A stretch of DNA of 64,000 bases from the human T2T-CHM13v2.0 reference genome, Homo sapiens (GCF_009914755.1 NC_060927.1), one strand, 5' to 3'. Positions 25,150 through 39,752 are shown, counted from the stretch's first letter. Notes: generated from the sequence alone by a model not told the origin. Numbers and translations are program-made.

Positions 25150-25500
25150 GGCTCCCTATATGCACTCAAGCCTCACCAGCACAAGGGCTGGGCCTCCAAC
25201 TGCCAAATCTGCATCTCTTTGCCTGAGGGCTCCCTCTGGCCATTGGAGCCTGCAATGAGCAGCAGGCCAGAAATGCATAAGCACTGATGTGCGGCAGCTT
25301 GAAACCAGTGACTGGTGGGAACTGGCGAACAAACACCCCAGAGCATCCCACCTTGTAGGCAGGATGATCCTGATGTGCACTGGCTGCAATGGCTCCCGGA
25401 ATTCCTCAAAGGCTAAATCTCCAGATGCCCATAGTGGCCCCTGGTTTGATAACACACCGTTGGTTGCCTGCCTTCCTGTCTCTGTCTTACTTTCCCTAGG
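25150..25500 (+). mobile_element. LTR16C-like LTR, 3' part missing
   Basis: ccagtgactggtgggaactggcgaacaaacaccccag ... tgcccatagtgg...tttgataacacacc...tgccttcctgtctctgtcttactttccc. Confidence 0.6.
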
Positions 25501-27039
25501 AAACAAGGTAAGTTCTGCAGGAGTTTCTACTCTGGCTAGAAAGCCTGATTTCCTGGGTTTTCATGATTCTTCAAGGCGAGATTTGTACCACTGCAGTGAG
25601 TTAAGAACAGTTTCATTTTATTTCTGACAGAGGGCAGCATTTCGTTTTCTTTCACAGAGAGATGTATTCCTGGGCTTGCAAATGACTCTAGCTCAAAATA
25701 AAGAAAAACAAATTGAAATAAGGATTTTAATCACTGTGAAGGGAATGAAAGGCTGTGTCAGCGTTTCCATGGTAAGTGCCGTCTTTCAGGGATTTATCAT
25801 CCCAGCTGTAAAAATATGCTTTATGCTAGGATTTGGCAAGAGCAACCCTCAGTCACTTAAAACCTATATATTATTAAAGATTCTACTTTCAGTCAAGTCA
25901 GAAACGTGACTCTGTATAAATGCCACAGAATGTTCCTCTGACCCTTGTGACTGCCAACTGCTGCCTGCCACATTCCCTGCCAAACCAGCTCAGCACTGAG
26001 AAGTGGCAAAGGCACAGCAGCTGGACCTCCCCAGAGGATGCTTTGCGTTCTGGAAATGGTTCCGCTGAGGAAGAGGGCCTGGTTCTTTGTGGAGGCTAAG
26101 TGCGGCCTTTTGGGGTCTCCTGCCTAGGGGTCTGTAGGTGGCTGTTCTCTGAGCACTGGCTCACTTGCTCCCTCTCCCGCATCCCAGGTCCCAGGGCTAC
26201 TCAAGGGGAAGGGGATGTGTCAGCACAGCCACACATCACCCTTGGCCCCTTGGCTCGGGATGCCGAAGCCACTGCAGACAGCATAAGTGGAAGAAACTCA
26301 GGTTGAGCTGACAGGAAGTGTTAGACTTGTGCTGATTTTACCTGGCAACCCGAACTCCCGTGGTGTGAGGGGAAGAAAGGCAGCTAGGTCAAGTTAGCAG
26401 CCAAAAGAGAAAGCAAAACAGGGCTCAGTCTGAATTTTTATGTCACATCACATAAAAGCCACCTCTGCTTGGCTTTAAATAAGACCAAATTTGCAGAAAC
26501 TTTGGTATGTCCTTTATTCGAAATAGGGTTGTGGAGGTGGGGCGGGGGGCTCTTTATGATAAGAGCAGAATGTCACTTTTTACGACCCAAGATGAATCCT
26601 TAGTGTGGTGCCAGTGGTGTTTATCAGGTCTTAGGCATTAGCAATTTAATCTTTCCCCTAACACAGCAAGTGGTGCATACTCTGATTTCCATTTTCAAAA
26701 TGAACAAATCGACACCCAGAGCTTAAGGAATTCACCCTTATGAAGGTCTCATGGAGAGTCAATAAGGAGCAGGCACTTAAAGGCATATCTTTCTGACTCT
26801 AAGTCATGGGGCTCCATATATTGCACTTGGGAGCAGGCACAAATTCTTCTCCCAGGAAACAGTGCAGGAGCAGGGTTCCAGGGTTCCACCAGCCCATCTC
26901 CTCACCCATCCCCAGGTGGTGGGCATCCTGGCACAGTGCTCAGTGTGCCCCAGCCCTAGCAGATTTCCTGCTGTTGAGATAGACAATGGCTGCAGAGGGC
27001 AGGGCTAGGAGCAGTGGCTAAACTCTAAAGCGTTTTGAT

Positions 27040-27270
27040 TGCTAACATTTTTTGAGTGGTTACTGTCTATCAGTCACAGTTGGAAGCACTGTATATCTGT
27101 TACCTCTCTTAGAACCACTCCCAGCAACTGTCTGAGGTAGGTAATAGCATTGTCCCCATTTTATAGGTGAGGAAACTGAGGAGCAGAGAGCTTAAATAAC
27201 TTGCCCAAGGTCACATAGCCAGTAGAAAGTGGAGGTGGGATTCAAGCTCAGGCAGCTTGACTCCCCAGAC
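27040..27270 (-). mobile_element. MIR (near full length)
   Basis: ccccattttataggtgaggaaactgagg...aacttgcccaaggtcacatagc. Confidence 0.85.
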
Positions 27271-28519
27271 CAAACTGAGGACTGGTGTCCTGTGTGGGTA
27301 GCAGGAGGTGAGGGTTGAGGAGGGTGCACTTCACCAACCTCTGAATATTCACGCAGGGGCTAGGTGTTCATTGGTAACCCAATCATAAGTGGCTGGGCTG
27401 GACAGGACTTCAAGCCAGCCAGTCCCGCCTCTCATCTTCCTGTTGACCGTGTTGATTCTGTAAGAGGCAAGGGCTGCCCGAGGGTATCCTCCTGTTCTCT
27501 AGGATGCGACACTCTAGGCAGAGCCAGAGTGGGATCCTGAGTCTCCTGGGCCTCCTGTTCCTGCAGGAGACAAGATCTTGTGATGGAGTCTCCCATGAGC
27601 AGGGTAAGGCAAGTTCCTCCTGTACTTTGTCCCCATGGTGACTCAGGTGAGATGGCCCCTGAAAAGCTGTGACTGGGAGAGTTACATTCAAAGTCTGGGC
27701 AGGGCTCCTGCAGGCTATCCTGCACCCCTCGGACAAGCCAGGTTGACTTCCCTCCTCCATCTCTCAGTCTGGAGAAGGAAAGAGATAACAAATAGCTGGG
27801 GGTGAGATGGACATAATTAGCGGTTCTAGAGTGCATCATAAAGCAGAAAAACCGATTCCTGTTAGGCTGGGAGTGCCGTCTGTGCTACCCCAGGAAAATG
27901 GGATCACACAAGCAATTGTACAAGGCAATAACACCCCTGATGCTGAAGCTGTAACATCTGTTACACCAAGACATTTTGGTTATGACTTCATCATGCATTT
28001 CTGAGTTGGTCTGAGACAGTTTTTCATTGGCATTTAGATATATTGGTTTATAAGGCAATAGTGGAATTGAACCTTTCAAAGAGTTCAGGCTCTTCATGGG
28101 GGATGTGGTGGGGGAGAATGAGGGAGATGGGAGGAGACAGGAATAGAGAAAAGCTATAATATAAACAAAAGAAGAGCAAATAGTGGCAAATATTGGAAAA
28201 GATATTTATTCTCACTAGTAATCAAGGACATGATAATTCAAACAAAAAATGATTCTTTTGCATATCAGACCAGCAAAGACGTAAAAGAATGATCAAACCC
28301 AATTCTGGAAAGGAGTTGAGCGTGTTATTGAAGGGACCACACTGTTATTACATTGCTGGGGTATAAAAATTTCAAGCATTATCTCCTTGATCCAGCATGA
28401 AAAATTTATTTAAGAGTAATCAGACAAATGCTTAAAGGACATGTGTACAAGAATGTCTACAGTGGTATTGTTAGACTAACAAAAAAGGATAAACTGCTGA
28501 ATGTAAATTAATAGAGGAC

Positions 28520-30435
28520 CAGAATGGCAGAGTGAGAACCTTCATAAATCTGTTTCTTCATAAAAGCAATGAAAACACTGGCAAAAAATTGTTAAAATTA
28601 ACTTTTTCTTAACTCCAAAAATCAACCAAAAGCTTGCAACAATACAAGTTTACTTAAGAAGAACTACTGAACCTCCATAAGAGTAGCAATTTATGGCTTT
28701 ACTTTGTTTTACTTTTTTAAAGACAGGGTCTCACTCTGTCACCCAGGCTGAAGGGCAGTGGTGCAATCATGGCTCACTGTAACCTCAAACTCCTAGGCTC
28801 AAGCAATCCCCCCACCTCAGCCTCCCAGGGAGCTGGGACTACAGGCCCATGCCACCACACTTGACTAATTTTTTTAATTTAATTTTGTTTTTATAGAGAT
28901 GAGGTCTTGCTATATTGCCCAGGTTGGTCAGTTTATGGCTTTGCGACCTGACCTACTCCCAACAATCACTGCCTAGCTCTACTGTAACTACAAAAACTGG
29001 CAGCCTTGGAGCTACCAGCTGGGGTTTAGAACATCTAAAAAAAATCCCATCCCTAAAGCATCCACACTAAAGAGCAGGCCAAAAATTTAAAAGAAAGATT
29101 TAGGAAATGAGATGTCCATAACACATTTTGAAAAGTTTTGACAGATCCCTGGCAATCCAGAAAACCACATGCATATCCAGAACTATGCACATGCCTAGGA
29201 AAAAAAATGAAAGGGCCTCATCTCTCATCTCTGGCTTACCTCGAAGCTCTGCACAAGCAAAACAGGAAAGCTACGGCTGAGGGGTAAACTGCTTGTGTAT
29301 TGGAAGCATGCCTCAACACACACACAGTCCCTTGGGAAGGATAGAAGACTTATTGGTTCAAGGAATTTAAACTAACTTCTGACCAATAATTAACTGACAA
29401 CTAAGCTACTGAGTAGAAACTTCAGTGGCCACACACTACAAGGAATACAGACTTCAGAGAAGTAATCCGGGAAGGTCACTCAGTAAACAGTAATAACAAC
29501 AATAAATCCTGGGAAGAGAATAAATCTGATTTTCAGACTATCACATTATATTATCTAAAATGTCTAGTTTTCAACAAAAATTATAAGACATGAAAGAAAT
29601 GGAAAAGTATAGTTAATATCCAGGGAAAAAAGCAATTGGCAGAAACTATTCATAAAGGAGGCCTTATATTGGATCACCAAATGAAGACTTTAAATCAGCT
29701 ATTATAAACATGTTCAAAGAACCATGCCTTAAGGAATAAAGAAAAATATTACAATGTCCTGCCCCAAATAGGTAATTTCAATAAAGAGACAAATATTATA
29801 AAAAAGAACCAGGTGGAAATTCTGGAGTCAAAAAGTACAATAGCTGAAATGAAAAATTCACTAGAGAGGCTCAACAGCAGGTTTTAGCTAGCAGAAGAAT
29901 GAGTAAATTTGAAGATAAGTCCATTGAGACTATCCATTCTGATCAAGAGACCGAAAAAAGAATAAAGAGAAATGAACAGAGCTTCAAAAACCAGTAGGAG
30001 TCCATCATGTGTACCAATATATGTATAATAGAATCCCAGAAGGAGAGAAGAAAAAAAGTGCAAAACACTATTTGAAGAAATCATGGCTAAAAACTCAAAT
30101 TTGATGAAAAACTTTTAATCTACACATCCAAGAAGCCCAATAAACTCCAAGCAAGACAAATTCAAGTCAATATACACCAAGACATAACACAGACAAATCT
30201 TGGAAACCGGAAAAAAAAAGGGATTCTTAATAAGACGAATAACGGACTTCTCATCAGAAATGAAGGTCAGAAGGCAGCACAATAACATATTCAAAATGCT
30301 GAAAGTAAAAAACTGTCAATTAGGAATTCTATAATCATCAACACTATTTTTCAAAAATGAAGTCAAAATTAAGATATTCCAAATTAACAAAAAGTGACAG
30401 AATTTATCACTAGCAGACCTGCCCTACAGAAAAAT
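28520..30435 (+). mobile_element. Old L1M (L1MD/ME-type) 5' region and ORF1
   Basis: ORF1-like gaaattctggag...aaaattcactagagaggctcaacagcag, atctacacatccaagaagc. Confidence 0.75.
28701..28929 (-). mobile_element. 5'-truncated AluJ
   Basis: TSD A(A/G)TTTATGGCTTT at 28688-28700 and 28930-28942. Confidence 0.88.
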
Positions 30436-30605
30436 GAAATAATTCCTTGTCCATTTTTTTCACTATTAACCTTGATATCGTTTGGATTTATATCCCCACC
30501 CAAATCTCATGTCTAATTGCAATCCCCAGTGTTGGAGGAGGGGCCTGGTGGGAGGTGATTGGATCATGGGGGTAGACATCCCACTTGCTGTTCTTGTAAT
30601 AGTGA

Positions 30606-31599
<994 letters not shown>

Positions 31600-33619
31600 A
31601 ATAGTGATTGAGTTCTCACGCGATCTGGTTGTTTAAAGGTGTGTAGCATCTCCCTGTTTGCTCTCTTCCTCCTGCTTGACCATGTAAGATATGCCTGCTT
31701 CCTCTTTGCCTTCTGCCATGATTGTAAGTTTCCTGAGGCCCCCCAGTAGTGCTTACCGTACAGTCTGTGGAACTGAGTCAATTAAACCTCTTTTCTTTAT
31801 AAATTACCCAGTCTCAGGTATTTCTTTATAGCAGTGTGAGAATGACTAATACAAATCCTCCCAAATATGAAGAGAATTTGCAATTGACTGGGGACAGTAC
31901 AGTGAGAATACATTTCCCAAGGGCTATGACTTAACTTGCTCACAGCCATCCTTCCCTGCTCTCCAATCCAGCCGTATATAGGCCTTTCTGCTTTTGACCA
32001 CTTTGCTCACAGTACGTAGATGCTCTGAGAGCCCTCTGGGAACCTTTGGTAATGCTTTCCTAGAGCTTCTTGGGATATTGTACTTATACCTTGCAGAAAC
32101 TTTAGAAACTACCTGGGTATGATGCCAGCTTCCCCCTTCCTAGCTGTGTGACTTTGAGCAAGTTACCTAATCTTTCTGTGCCTGTTTCCTATCTCACCAG
32201 CAGGAAGTCAAGGAATACTCAGCTCCCAGGTAGCACTCTCCTGTGCTAGCTGCACAGCCCTTCGGGGAGCAGAGGGAAAGGCCAACTGTGTCCAGATAGG
32301 GGCTAAGGGATGGGGGACTGAAGGGTCTCTTTGGTGAATGAATCCCTATTCTCCTTGAGGCATTCACCCATACCCTGCATCCTCCTTGACTTCTTCTTGT
32401 TTAGCCTCTGCAAGGCACTTCCCGATGGCCCCACCTACCTCCATCCAGCCCCCTTCCAGTTTGGTGGCCACCAGCCCCAGTGAAAGTGGAGCTAGGAAAG
32501 AGGAAGAAGGGAAGAGATCCTTAAACAGTGGTGGCTCTTACCGTGCAAAGGCCAGGTGCTGGTCAAGTTCATGCCCTGCACCTTGATTTTTTGTTTTTAA
32601 TTTTTTACTGCTTACTAAAAATAAAATAAAACAATAAAATTAAAATAAGATTCTTTAGGCCTTGTGGTTGCCCTATAACTTTTCCTGTTACTTCTCCAAA
32701 TGAGCTCTCCTCTTCCCTTCCCAGCCTACTTTGCCTCATCCACTCTGCCAGAACCTTGCCTCAATGACCTTTCATAGTGCTGGCCCTGGCTGACCATTGC
32801 ACTGGGCCTGCCTTAATTCCAGAAGCTTTTCTCTCTGTCTCTTTGCCATTGAGTTGGTTTCTTTAAATATTCTCATCCTTATGCTTCCTAATACCCTGAG
32901 GTCATTGGCCCCCTGGGCCAGTGGCCTCAGAGTTTCCAGCGAGAGCTACCTCCAGCCCTTCTTATGGGCTGGGCATACAAGAAACACTCAGCTCCTGGCA
33001 TCCTGGACTGGCATGTGGTGAAGGTTCAGACTGCCTCCCTGGAGTAGATTTGCTGGAGATTTCTTATTAAGAAGTTGTCAAATAGGAAAAGGAAGTTGTA
33101 AGAACAACACCCCAACTGAGGAAGATATTAAATTTCCGGAATTTGGCCCAGAATAAGGACCAGACATTTTCTCCCACAGTAGTTTATACCTGACAGATCT
33201 CAGAAAGAGGAATATATCTTGTAGCGACTCTGGAGCTAGAGGCAGGGGCTCAGGACCCTTCATTAAAATACCCCCAAGGATGAAAAAAGATTTTTTTCTG
33301 AACATTTCTAGGGGCTTTATAAATAATAGTGAATCTTCACAGAAGGCTTCACAGAAAGGCAGGTAGGAAGGGGGCTTCTTTCTTTGGAAATAGAGATACC
33401 AAGCTGGGAAGTGATTTATCTGAGAGCATGAAATGCCAGTGGCCGTGAAAGGGAATGGCTTCCCAAGCACCTGATTGAATCCACAATTTTTTGATGCTGA
33501 CAAACCACTTATTTGAAAAAACGCTGACTCACACCATTTATCAAACACCTTTATAGGCTGGGTCCTGGTGAAGATGCTTGACACAATTTGTCCATACGGC
33601 ATTCTTAAATGTTGGTTCC

Positions 33620-33740
33620 ATTACCATCCCCGATTCACTGATGAGGAGACTGAGGTTCAGAGTGGTTCCCTAACTCAGGTTACACAACTGGCAAGTGAAG
33701 GAACTGAGATTGTAACCCAGCCATCTCCCTGCCAAAGCCA
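33620..33740 (-). mobile_element. MIR
   Basis: gatgaggagactgaggttcagagtgg...ggttacacaactggcaagtg. Confidence 0.7.
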
Positions 33741-34379
33741 CCGCCCTCCCTCTGTTCTACTACTCAGTCTAGCAAACAGTTTGTAAATATGTATCAACAC
33801 CTTTAAGAATATTCCTGCTTTTTGATCCAGTAACCCTACTTCTGGCAACTTATTCTCATGAAATAATTCTAAATGTAGAATAAGTGTTTTACACTTCAAC
33901 ATAGCTAAGGACACAATGATGTTTGCCTCTTTTCTTCCCCAAATCTCACGGAAACGACAGAAGAAATACAAAAATAAAAATTGAGTGGTAGTGGTTGTGG
34001 ACAGTCAGGAGTAGGGTCAATGTCTAGGAGATTAAGGAACTTCTGGGAAACAGGAAAGAACAGACTGATGATGAAGTGAGACAGAGGCTGTCATGCTGCA
34101 AAGCTGAATGCAAATCATCACAGAGTGAATCCTCCCTGCCCAGAATTCCAGAAGGAAGCAATAAGCGCTAGGAGAAAGGGCGAGTTAGGGGTGGTCTGCA
34201 GGATGGTTGTGCTAGTTCCCTTCCGCTGTCCATAACGGTTCCCCTGTACACACACAGGAACCCGAGGCTAGCTCCTATATAAGAAGCTACATTCCCTGCC
34301 ACAGCAATGGCATTCTCACGTGGAGTAAGGAAATGTCCTCCAGCCACCAACACTCTTCAGTCCATATGTTCATCTACAA

Positions 34380-34950
34380 ACATCAACAGACAGGCAGGAA
34401 TTGCCAGATATTTCAGAAAAGCCAGAGCCTGAAAGAAGCACCAAACACAAAAATAGAACTGACTCTGAGAAAGTAGAATTTATACCTAAAACATAAGAAA
34501 CTTTTAAGTAACTAAAATGAATATGCCAGAGAGAGTTAAGAGAATAGCACATCCATTTAAAAGTAAATAAAGTCTCTATGAAAAAGAGACAATCAGAATC
34601 CTTGGAAATTAAAACCAGGACTGCCTTTAAAAAAAAAAAAACTCAAGAAATGAGCTGACTAGACAAATGAAAACCAAATTAGTAAACTGGAAGATCAAGC
34701 TAAAGGATTCTTCCCAAATGTATTAGGAAAGAAAATAAAGAGATGCCATCTTGTTTAAAGTTAAGTGATATGAAGTATAGAAGCAAACATTGATATATGT
34801 TTCTTATAGGATTTCCAGAGGAGAGAACCAGAGAATGAATAGAAGGAAATAAAAAGGATACAGTAGAAGAAAATGTCCTAGTGCTAAAGAAAGATGTCAG
34901 ATAGAAAAGGACCCATTGAGAGCTGAGAAAGAATACAAGGCAAGCTTCTA
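34380..34950 (+). mobile_element. HAL1/L1ME ORF1-like fragment
   Basis: ccttggaaattaaaa, aaattagtaaactggaagat, ataggatttccagagg, agaaaatgtcctagtgctaaagaaaga. Confidence 0.5.
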
Positions 34951-35264
34951 AAATTCATTTTTTAAAGGCAATAAATCTAATAGGAAAATGGATAAAGAGC
35001 ACAGAAAATTTACGTAAGAGAATATGAATATGGTTAACAAATAGGTGAAAAGAGCTCAATCTTACATATTATTAGATAAATGCAAATTATACTTTTCACC
35101 CATCAAATTGACACAAAAGAAATGTGCCCTAAAATCCAGTGTTGCCTATGATATGATAAATCAGCAATTTCATAAATGTCATTTGTTACAGCCTTCCAGT
35201 GGGCATCTTGGCAGCCGCTATAAATAAAAAATTTAAATGCAATTTAGCATTAACATTTCTAGGA

Positions 35265-35559
<295 letters not shown>

Positions 35560-35609
35560 TTACTAGGAATCCATTCTGCAGAAATATTCACCCATATCCA
35601 CAAAGATGT

Positions 35610-35910
35610 GGCCAGGCACGGTGGCTCATGCCTGTAATCCCAGCACTTTGGGAGGCCAAGGCAGGTGGATCGCTTGAGCCCAAGAATTCAAGACCAACCT
35701 GGGCAACATGGCAAAACCCCAACTCTACTAAAAATACAAAAATTAGCCCAGTGTGGTGGTGCACACCTATAGTCCCAGCTACTTGGGAGGCTGAGGCATG
35801 AGAATTCCTTGAGCCCAGGAGGCAGAGGTTATAGTGAGCCAAGATCATATCACTGCACTTCAGCCTGGATAACAGAGTGAGACTCTGCCTCAAAAAAAAA
35901 AGAAAAAAAA
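35610..35910 (+). mobile_element. AluJb-like
   Basis: Full length; ggatcgcttgagccca...cctgggcaacatggc. Confidence 0.92.
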
Positions 35911-36660
35911 TGTAGGTACAAGGATATTCATTGGACCATTGTTTGTAACAGTGATAATTGGAAATCACGTGAGTGTTCATGAACAGAAAAATAATTAAAT
36001 ACATTATGAGGTGTGTATTTGTACATGCACACATTATGGACTTCTATGCAACCATCAGAAATAATGAGGTAGAATTATGTTTATATTCTAATATGAAAAG
36101 ATTTTGAAGACAAAGTGAAAAAAATCAGTGTTGAAGTGTGGGTCTACTTTGATTTTTCTTGCCAGTGTTTCTTCTGTTCAGGGTAGTTTCCTTTTATTAT
36201 TTCTTTGATTATTATTTTTTTCCTACTGAGAATCCTATTAGATGAATGTTCAAACTTCTAGACCTATGTCTATTAATTATCTTCTCACACCCTTTACATC
36301 TTTGTCCATTTGTGTGCCCTTTCTGGTAAAAACTTCAACCAGACTTTACAAGTTATCACTTGCTCTTCAGCAGTTTCATCTCAACTCTTAAGGTTTTTAA
36401 AAGTTTGAATAGTCAAACTTTTGTTTCTACTCCCTCTAATTGTTTCTAGTTTCATATCAGCCTACTTTTATATGGATGTAATGTCCTCCTTATTTCCTCT
36501 GGGGATATTAACTGCACTGCTTTTAAAGTCTTCTTCAGTTTGCTCTGTTAACCCTGTTTCCCTGAGAGTTGGGTCCAACTTGCCTGTTGGACCAGGGGCC
36601 TGCCTTTTGGGATGCTGCCTCTTAAATATTTTGCTCTCCTACCTCCCTTCACCCTCACTT

Positions 36661-37533
36661 TGAAACTGCCTTTATAAAAATTATATCACTGAGGAAATTA
36701 TGGCAGTGGGGAAGATTTGATCTAGCCAGCCTTTAGTTTTTAAGCAGCTGAGCTAACTTTGGAAGACATTTAGTTTATAGTTTAAATGATAATAGCCCTT
36801 CCGCAAAACTCAATCACCTTTATAAAGCAAATGGAAGGCCACCAGGCTAGGAGGAGAAGAGGAGCCTGAATTCTGCTAAGGCAAGCTAGTTGGGTTGCAT
36901 GTGGCCCAGGAAGGCTTTGAACGTGGCCCAATATAAATTATAAACTTCCTTAAAACAGTATGAGATTTTTTTTGTGACTTTTTTTTTTTTTTTTGCTCCT
37001 CAGCTATTGTTAGTGTTAGTGTATTTTATGTGTGGCCCAAGACAACTCCTCTTCTTTCAATGTGGCCCAGGGAAACCAAAAGATTGGACACCCCTGTGCT
37101 AAGGTGTAGATTGCCACCCATTATTCTGGAGGGCACAATATATGCAACTTCCCCAATTACTCCTGCAAATAATATCACTATTGTAGATTGGCCTTTTGAG
37201 ATATCTTTTCAGGTTTTTTGCATATCTGATACTGATGGCTCCTGTGGCCCCACCCAGAAGCAACTTAGCACAAGAGAACAGCTTCAACTCCTCATTATTT
37301 CATCTCCAACCCAACCAAACAGCAGCAAGCACCCATTGCATAGCCACCCCAACCCCTTCCCCAAGACTACCTTTGAAAAACTCCTAACCTATGAATCTTG
37401 AGGAGATTGATTTGAGTAATAATTCCATCTCCCAGGTGGCATGACCAGCCTCACATCAATTAATCCTCTTTCTTCACTGCAATGCCATGCTCTTTATTTG
37501 TGCAGCAGGCAGGAAACTCATCAGGTGGTTACA
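36661..37533 (+). mobile_element. ERV1 MER4-group LTR (MER72/LTR8-like) interrupted by MER30
   Basis: tgaaactgccttt ... ggttaca; 4-bp TSD ACTT at 36657-36660 and 37534-37537. Confidence 0.85.
36882..37096 (-). mobile_element. MER30 (hAT-Charlie MITE)
   Basis: Ends aaaagattggacacccctg; exact 8-bp TSD TGCTAAGG at 36874-36881 and 37097-37104. Confidence 0.92.
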
Positions 37534-37539
37534 ACTTCA

Positions 37540-38150
37540 CCAAATAATTTAAAATGTGATGATTCTAACAATTGTCTGGGATGTGGGGAAATGGGTTCTC
37601 TGTACTATTCTATGGGAGGGTAAATTGGTACAGTCATTTTGGAGGGCAATTTGGCAATATCTATAAAATTTAAATATGCATCACCTTTAATTTAATCATC
37701 CATATTGTGGTTCTGAACTATAGAGATATGCTCATCTGTGTACACAAAGACATTTACTACAAATTTGTTTGCAAATATGAAAATTGGAAACACTCTAAAT
37801 GGTCATCAGTTAGCGAATGGTCAGATCAATATTAAGAAATTCCATGGCCTAGTTGAAAACAGAGTTACTGACATGTACTGATGTAAAAAGAGCTCTAAGA
37901 CATCACGTTTTTTAAAAAGCTGCAGAAAAATACATACAATGTGCTACATTAAAAAAAACACACACAAAACAAAACCTGTATTTTCATAGGTACTTACACT
38001 GTGAATAAACTCATAGGAAGAAGTGGAGGTTGAAGTCCAGACTGATAATAGCTGTTATTTCTGGGCAGCCAATCAGATGTCAGGGAGATTTATTATTTTA
38101 AATGCTAATAAGAGTAGATTAATTCATAAAATTAAAAATCAAAAATATTT
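37540..38150 (+). mobile_element. L1ME 3' fragment
   Basis: gtaaattggtacagtcattttggagggcaatttggcaatatct. Confidence 0.65.
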
Positions 38151-39369
38151 TAAAGATAAGCAAATGAGAGAGGGAGCTGTATTCAGGGCCTTCAGGACAT
38201 GTAGCAGCAACAGGTTTTTGCTTAGAAAGCAAGTCCCCAGAGTCTGGCTTGAGCTCAGTGTTTGGGGATTTCAGATCCCTGCATCAATCAGATATCTGCT
38301 TGGGAACTGGTGGGGGTAGGGGCAGGTGCATGGTGGCCCTGCAGAGTGTACAGACACAGAGTACAGAGCTGGGGGTGGAGCAGGATGTCTAGTGTCCAAG
38401 GGGTTGAGAACTGTTTCCCAAAACCCCGCTTCTACCAGGGCTCTCAGGAAGAAGAGAAACTTCTAACTAGACTTAGAGAGAGATTTTCATGTATTTATCA
38501 GGACACTGAAAAAACATTTATCGAAATTCTCATCCTTCATAATAAGCTACAGAAAAGGGAGTCCCACAGTCAGAAGAGTTGAAAGATGCTGTATACTATG
38601 GATACTAGAGCACACATTATGGTACCAAAGGCTTGAAATCCATAGTTCAGATACCTGCCTAACTCAGCACTTATTTATTTGATAAAGGACCCCCTCTAGT
38701 AAAAGCAAAGTAACATCCTAGGAAACTACTTTAGGAAACACTGTGTTGCCTCTTCCCATTTTTTCCCACATACTAATGAACATAAATGAGACAAGGAAAG
38801 GAGGTTTGCACAGCTGCTTGAAAAGAGAAAGGAGTAGCAGGGATAAATGTTGCCTGTCTCAAATATTGATTCTTACCTCAGTCCTCCTAAAGGAGCTGTT
38901 TCCACTGTGAGTTTAGATTCAAACAACACCACTGGGGGGGCCCTGCTGACTTGGTGTGACAAGGAGTTAGGGAGCATGGCATTCTCCTCCTGCCCAGAGG
39001 TACATGGAGTAGCTTTGGTACAATGAGGACTCACAGGCTAAGGCCACTGGAGCACCTGGAAGAACACAGCCAATGCCCTGGGGGCAGTGCCGACACTCCC
39101 CAGAGGCTCTGGAAACAGCAGCTGAGGTGGGGTTCTGGCCTCAGAGCAGGAGACAAAGACACAAGAGTCCGGGACAAAGATCATTAAACTCATCTCTGGA
39201 AACGTCTCAGTGAGCTACGAGGGGGCATAGAGGTTTTCATGGCGAGAGAAGCAAGGGCAATGAAATATACATTGTTCATTAGCATGAACTCACTGTATCC
39301 GCTGAGTGGTGGAGGGTGGGCATCTGGTTGTTTAGAAAAAGCTAGCTATAGGTCTTTCTGCATTCTAGG

Positions 39370-39688
39370 GCCCTTCTGCCTGATATCGTAGCCACTAGCC
39401 ACATGTGGCTACAGAACACTAGAAAAGCGGTTTGTGCGAAGGGGGATGTGCTGTTAAGTGCAAACTACGCACCAAATTTAAAATAGCTCATGATCTGCCA
39501 GAATGAAAATATCTCATTATAATTTTCTTTTGCATAAACATTGAAAAGATAACATTTTGTATGTATTGGGTTAAGTAGAATATATTAAAATTAATCTCAC
39601 CTCTTCCTTTTAATGTTTTAAACATAGCTAGTGGAATATCTAGCATTACTTCTATGGCCCATGTTATGTTTCCAGTGGATAATGTGGA
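39370..39688. mobile_element. MER33-like hAT element
   Basis: gtagccactagccacatgtggcta ... tattgggttaagtagaatatattaaaattaat. Confidence 0.7.
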
Positions 39689-39752
39689 TAGGGGTTTAGC
39701 AGGAATCAGCTAGAGAGAAAACAGCCCTTTGGTTTGAGAGAGCAAGTTAATT

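Noticed and set aside
26989-27002. CTCF-like motif GCTGCAGAGGGCAG (similar one near 9465 on minus)
   Set aside because: Two mismatches to the core consensus; cannot be told from chance without ChIP data
27950-27965. Palindrome TGTAACA-tc-TGTTACA as a steroid response element
   Set aside because: Spacing is 2 rather than 3 nt, and 7-bp arms are expected by chance in 64 kb
35588-36034. Alu-derived ORFs (also 23584-23892, 45350-45748, 46072-46475, 56930-57202)
   Set aside because: Standard antisense-Alu translation artefacts (LECSG...AHCNL...)
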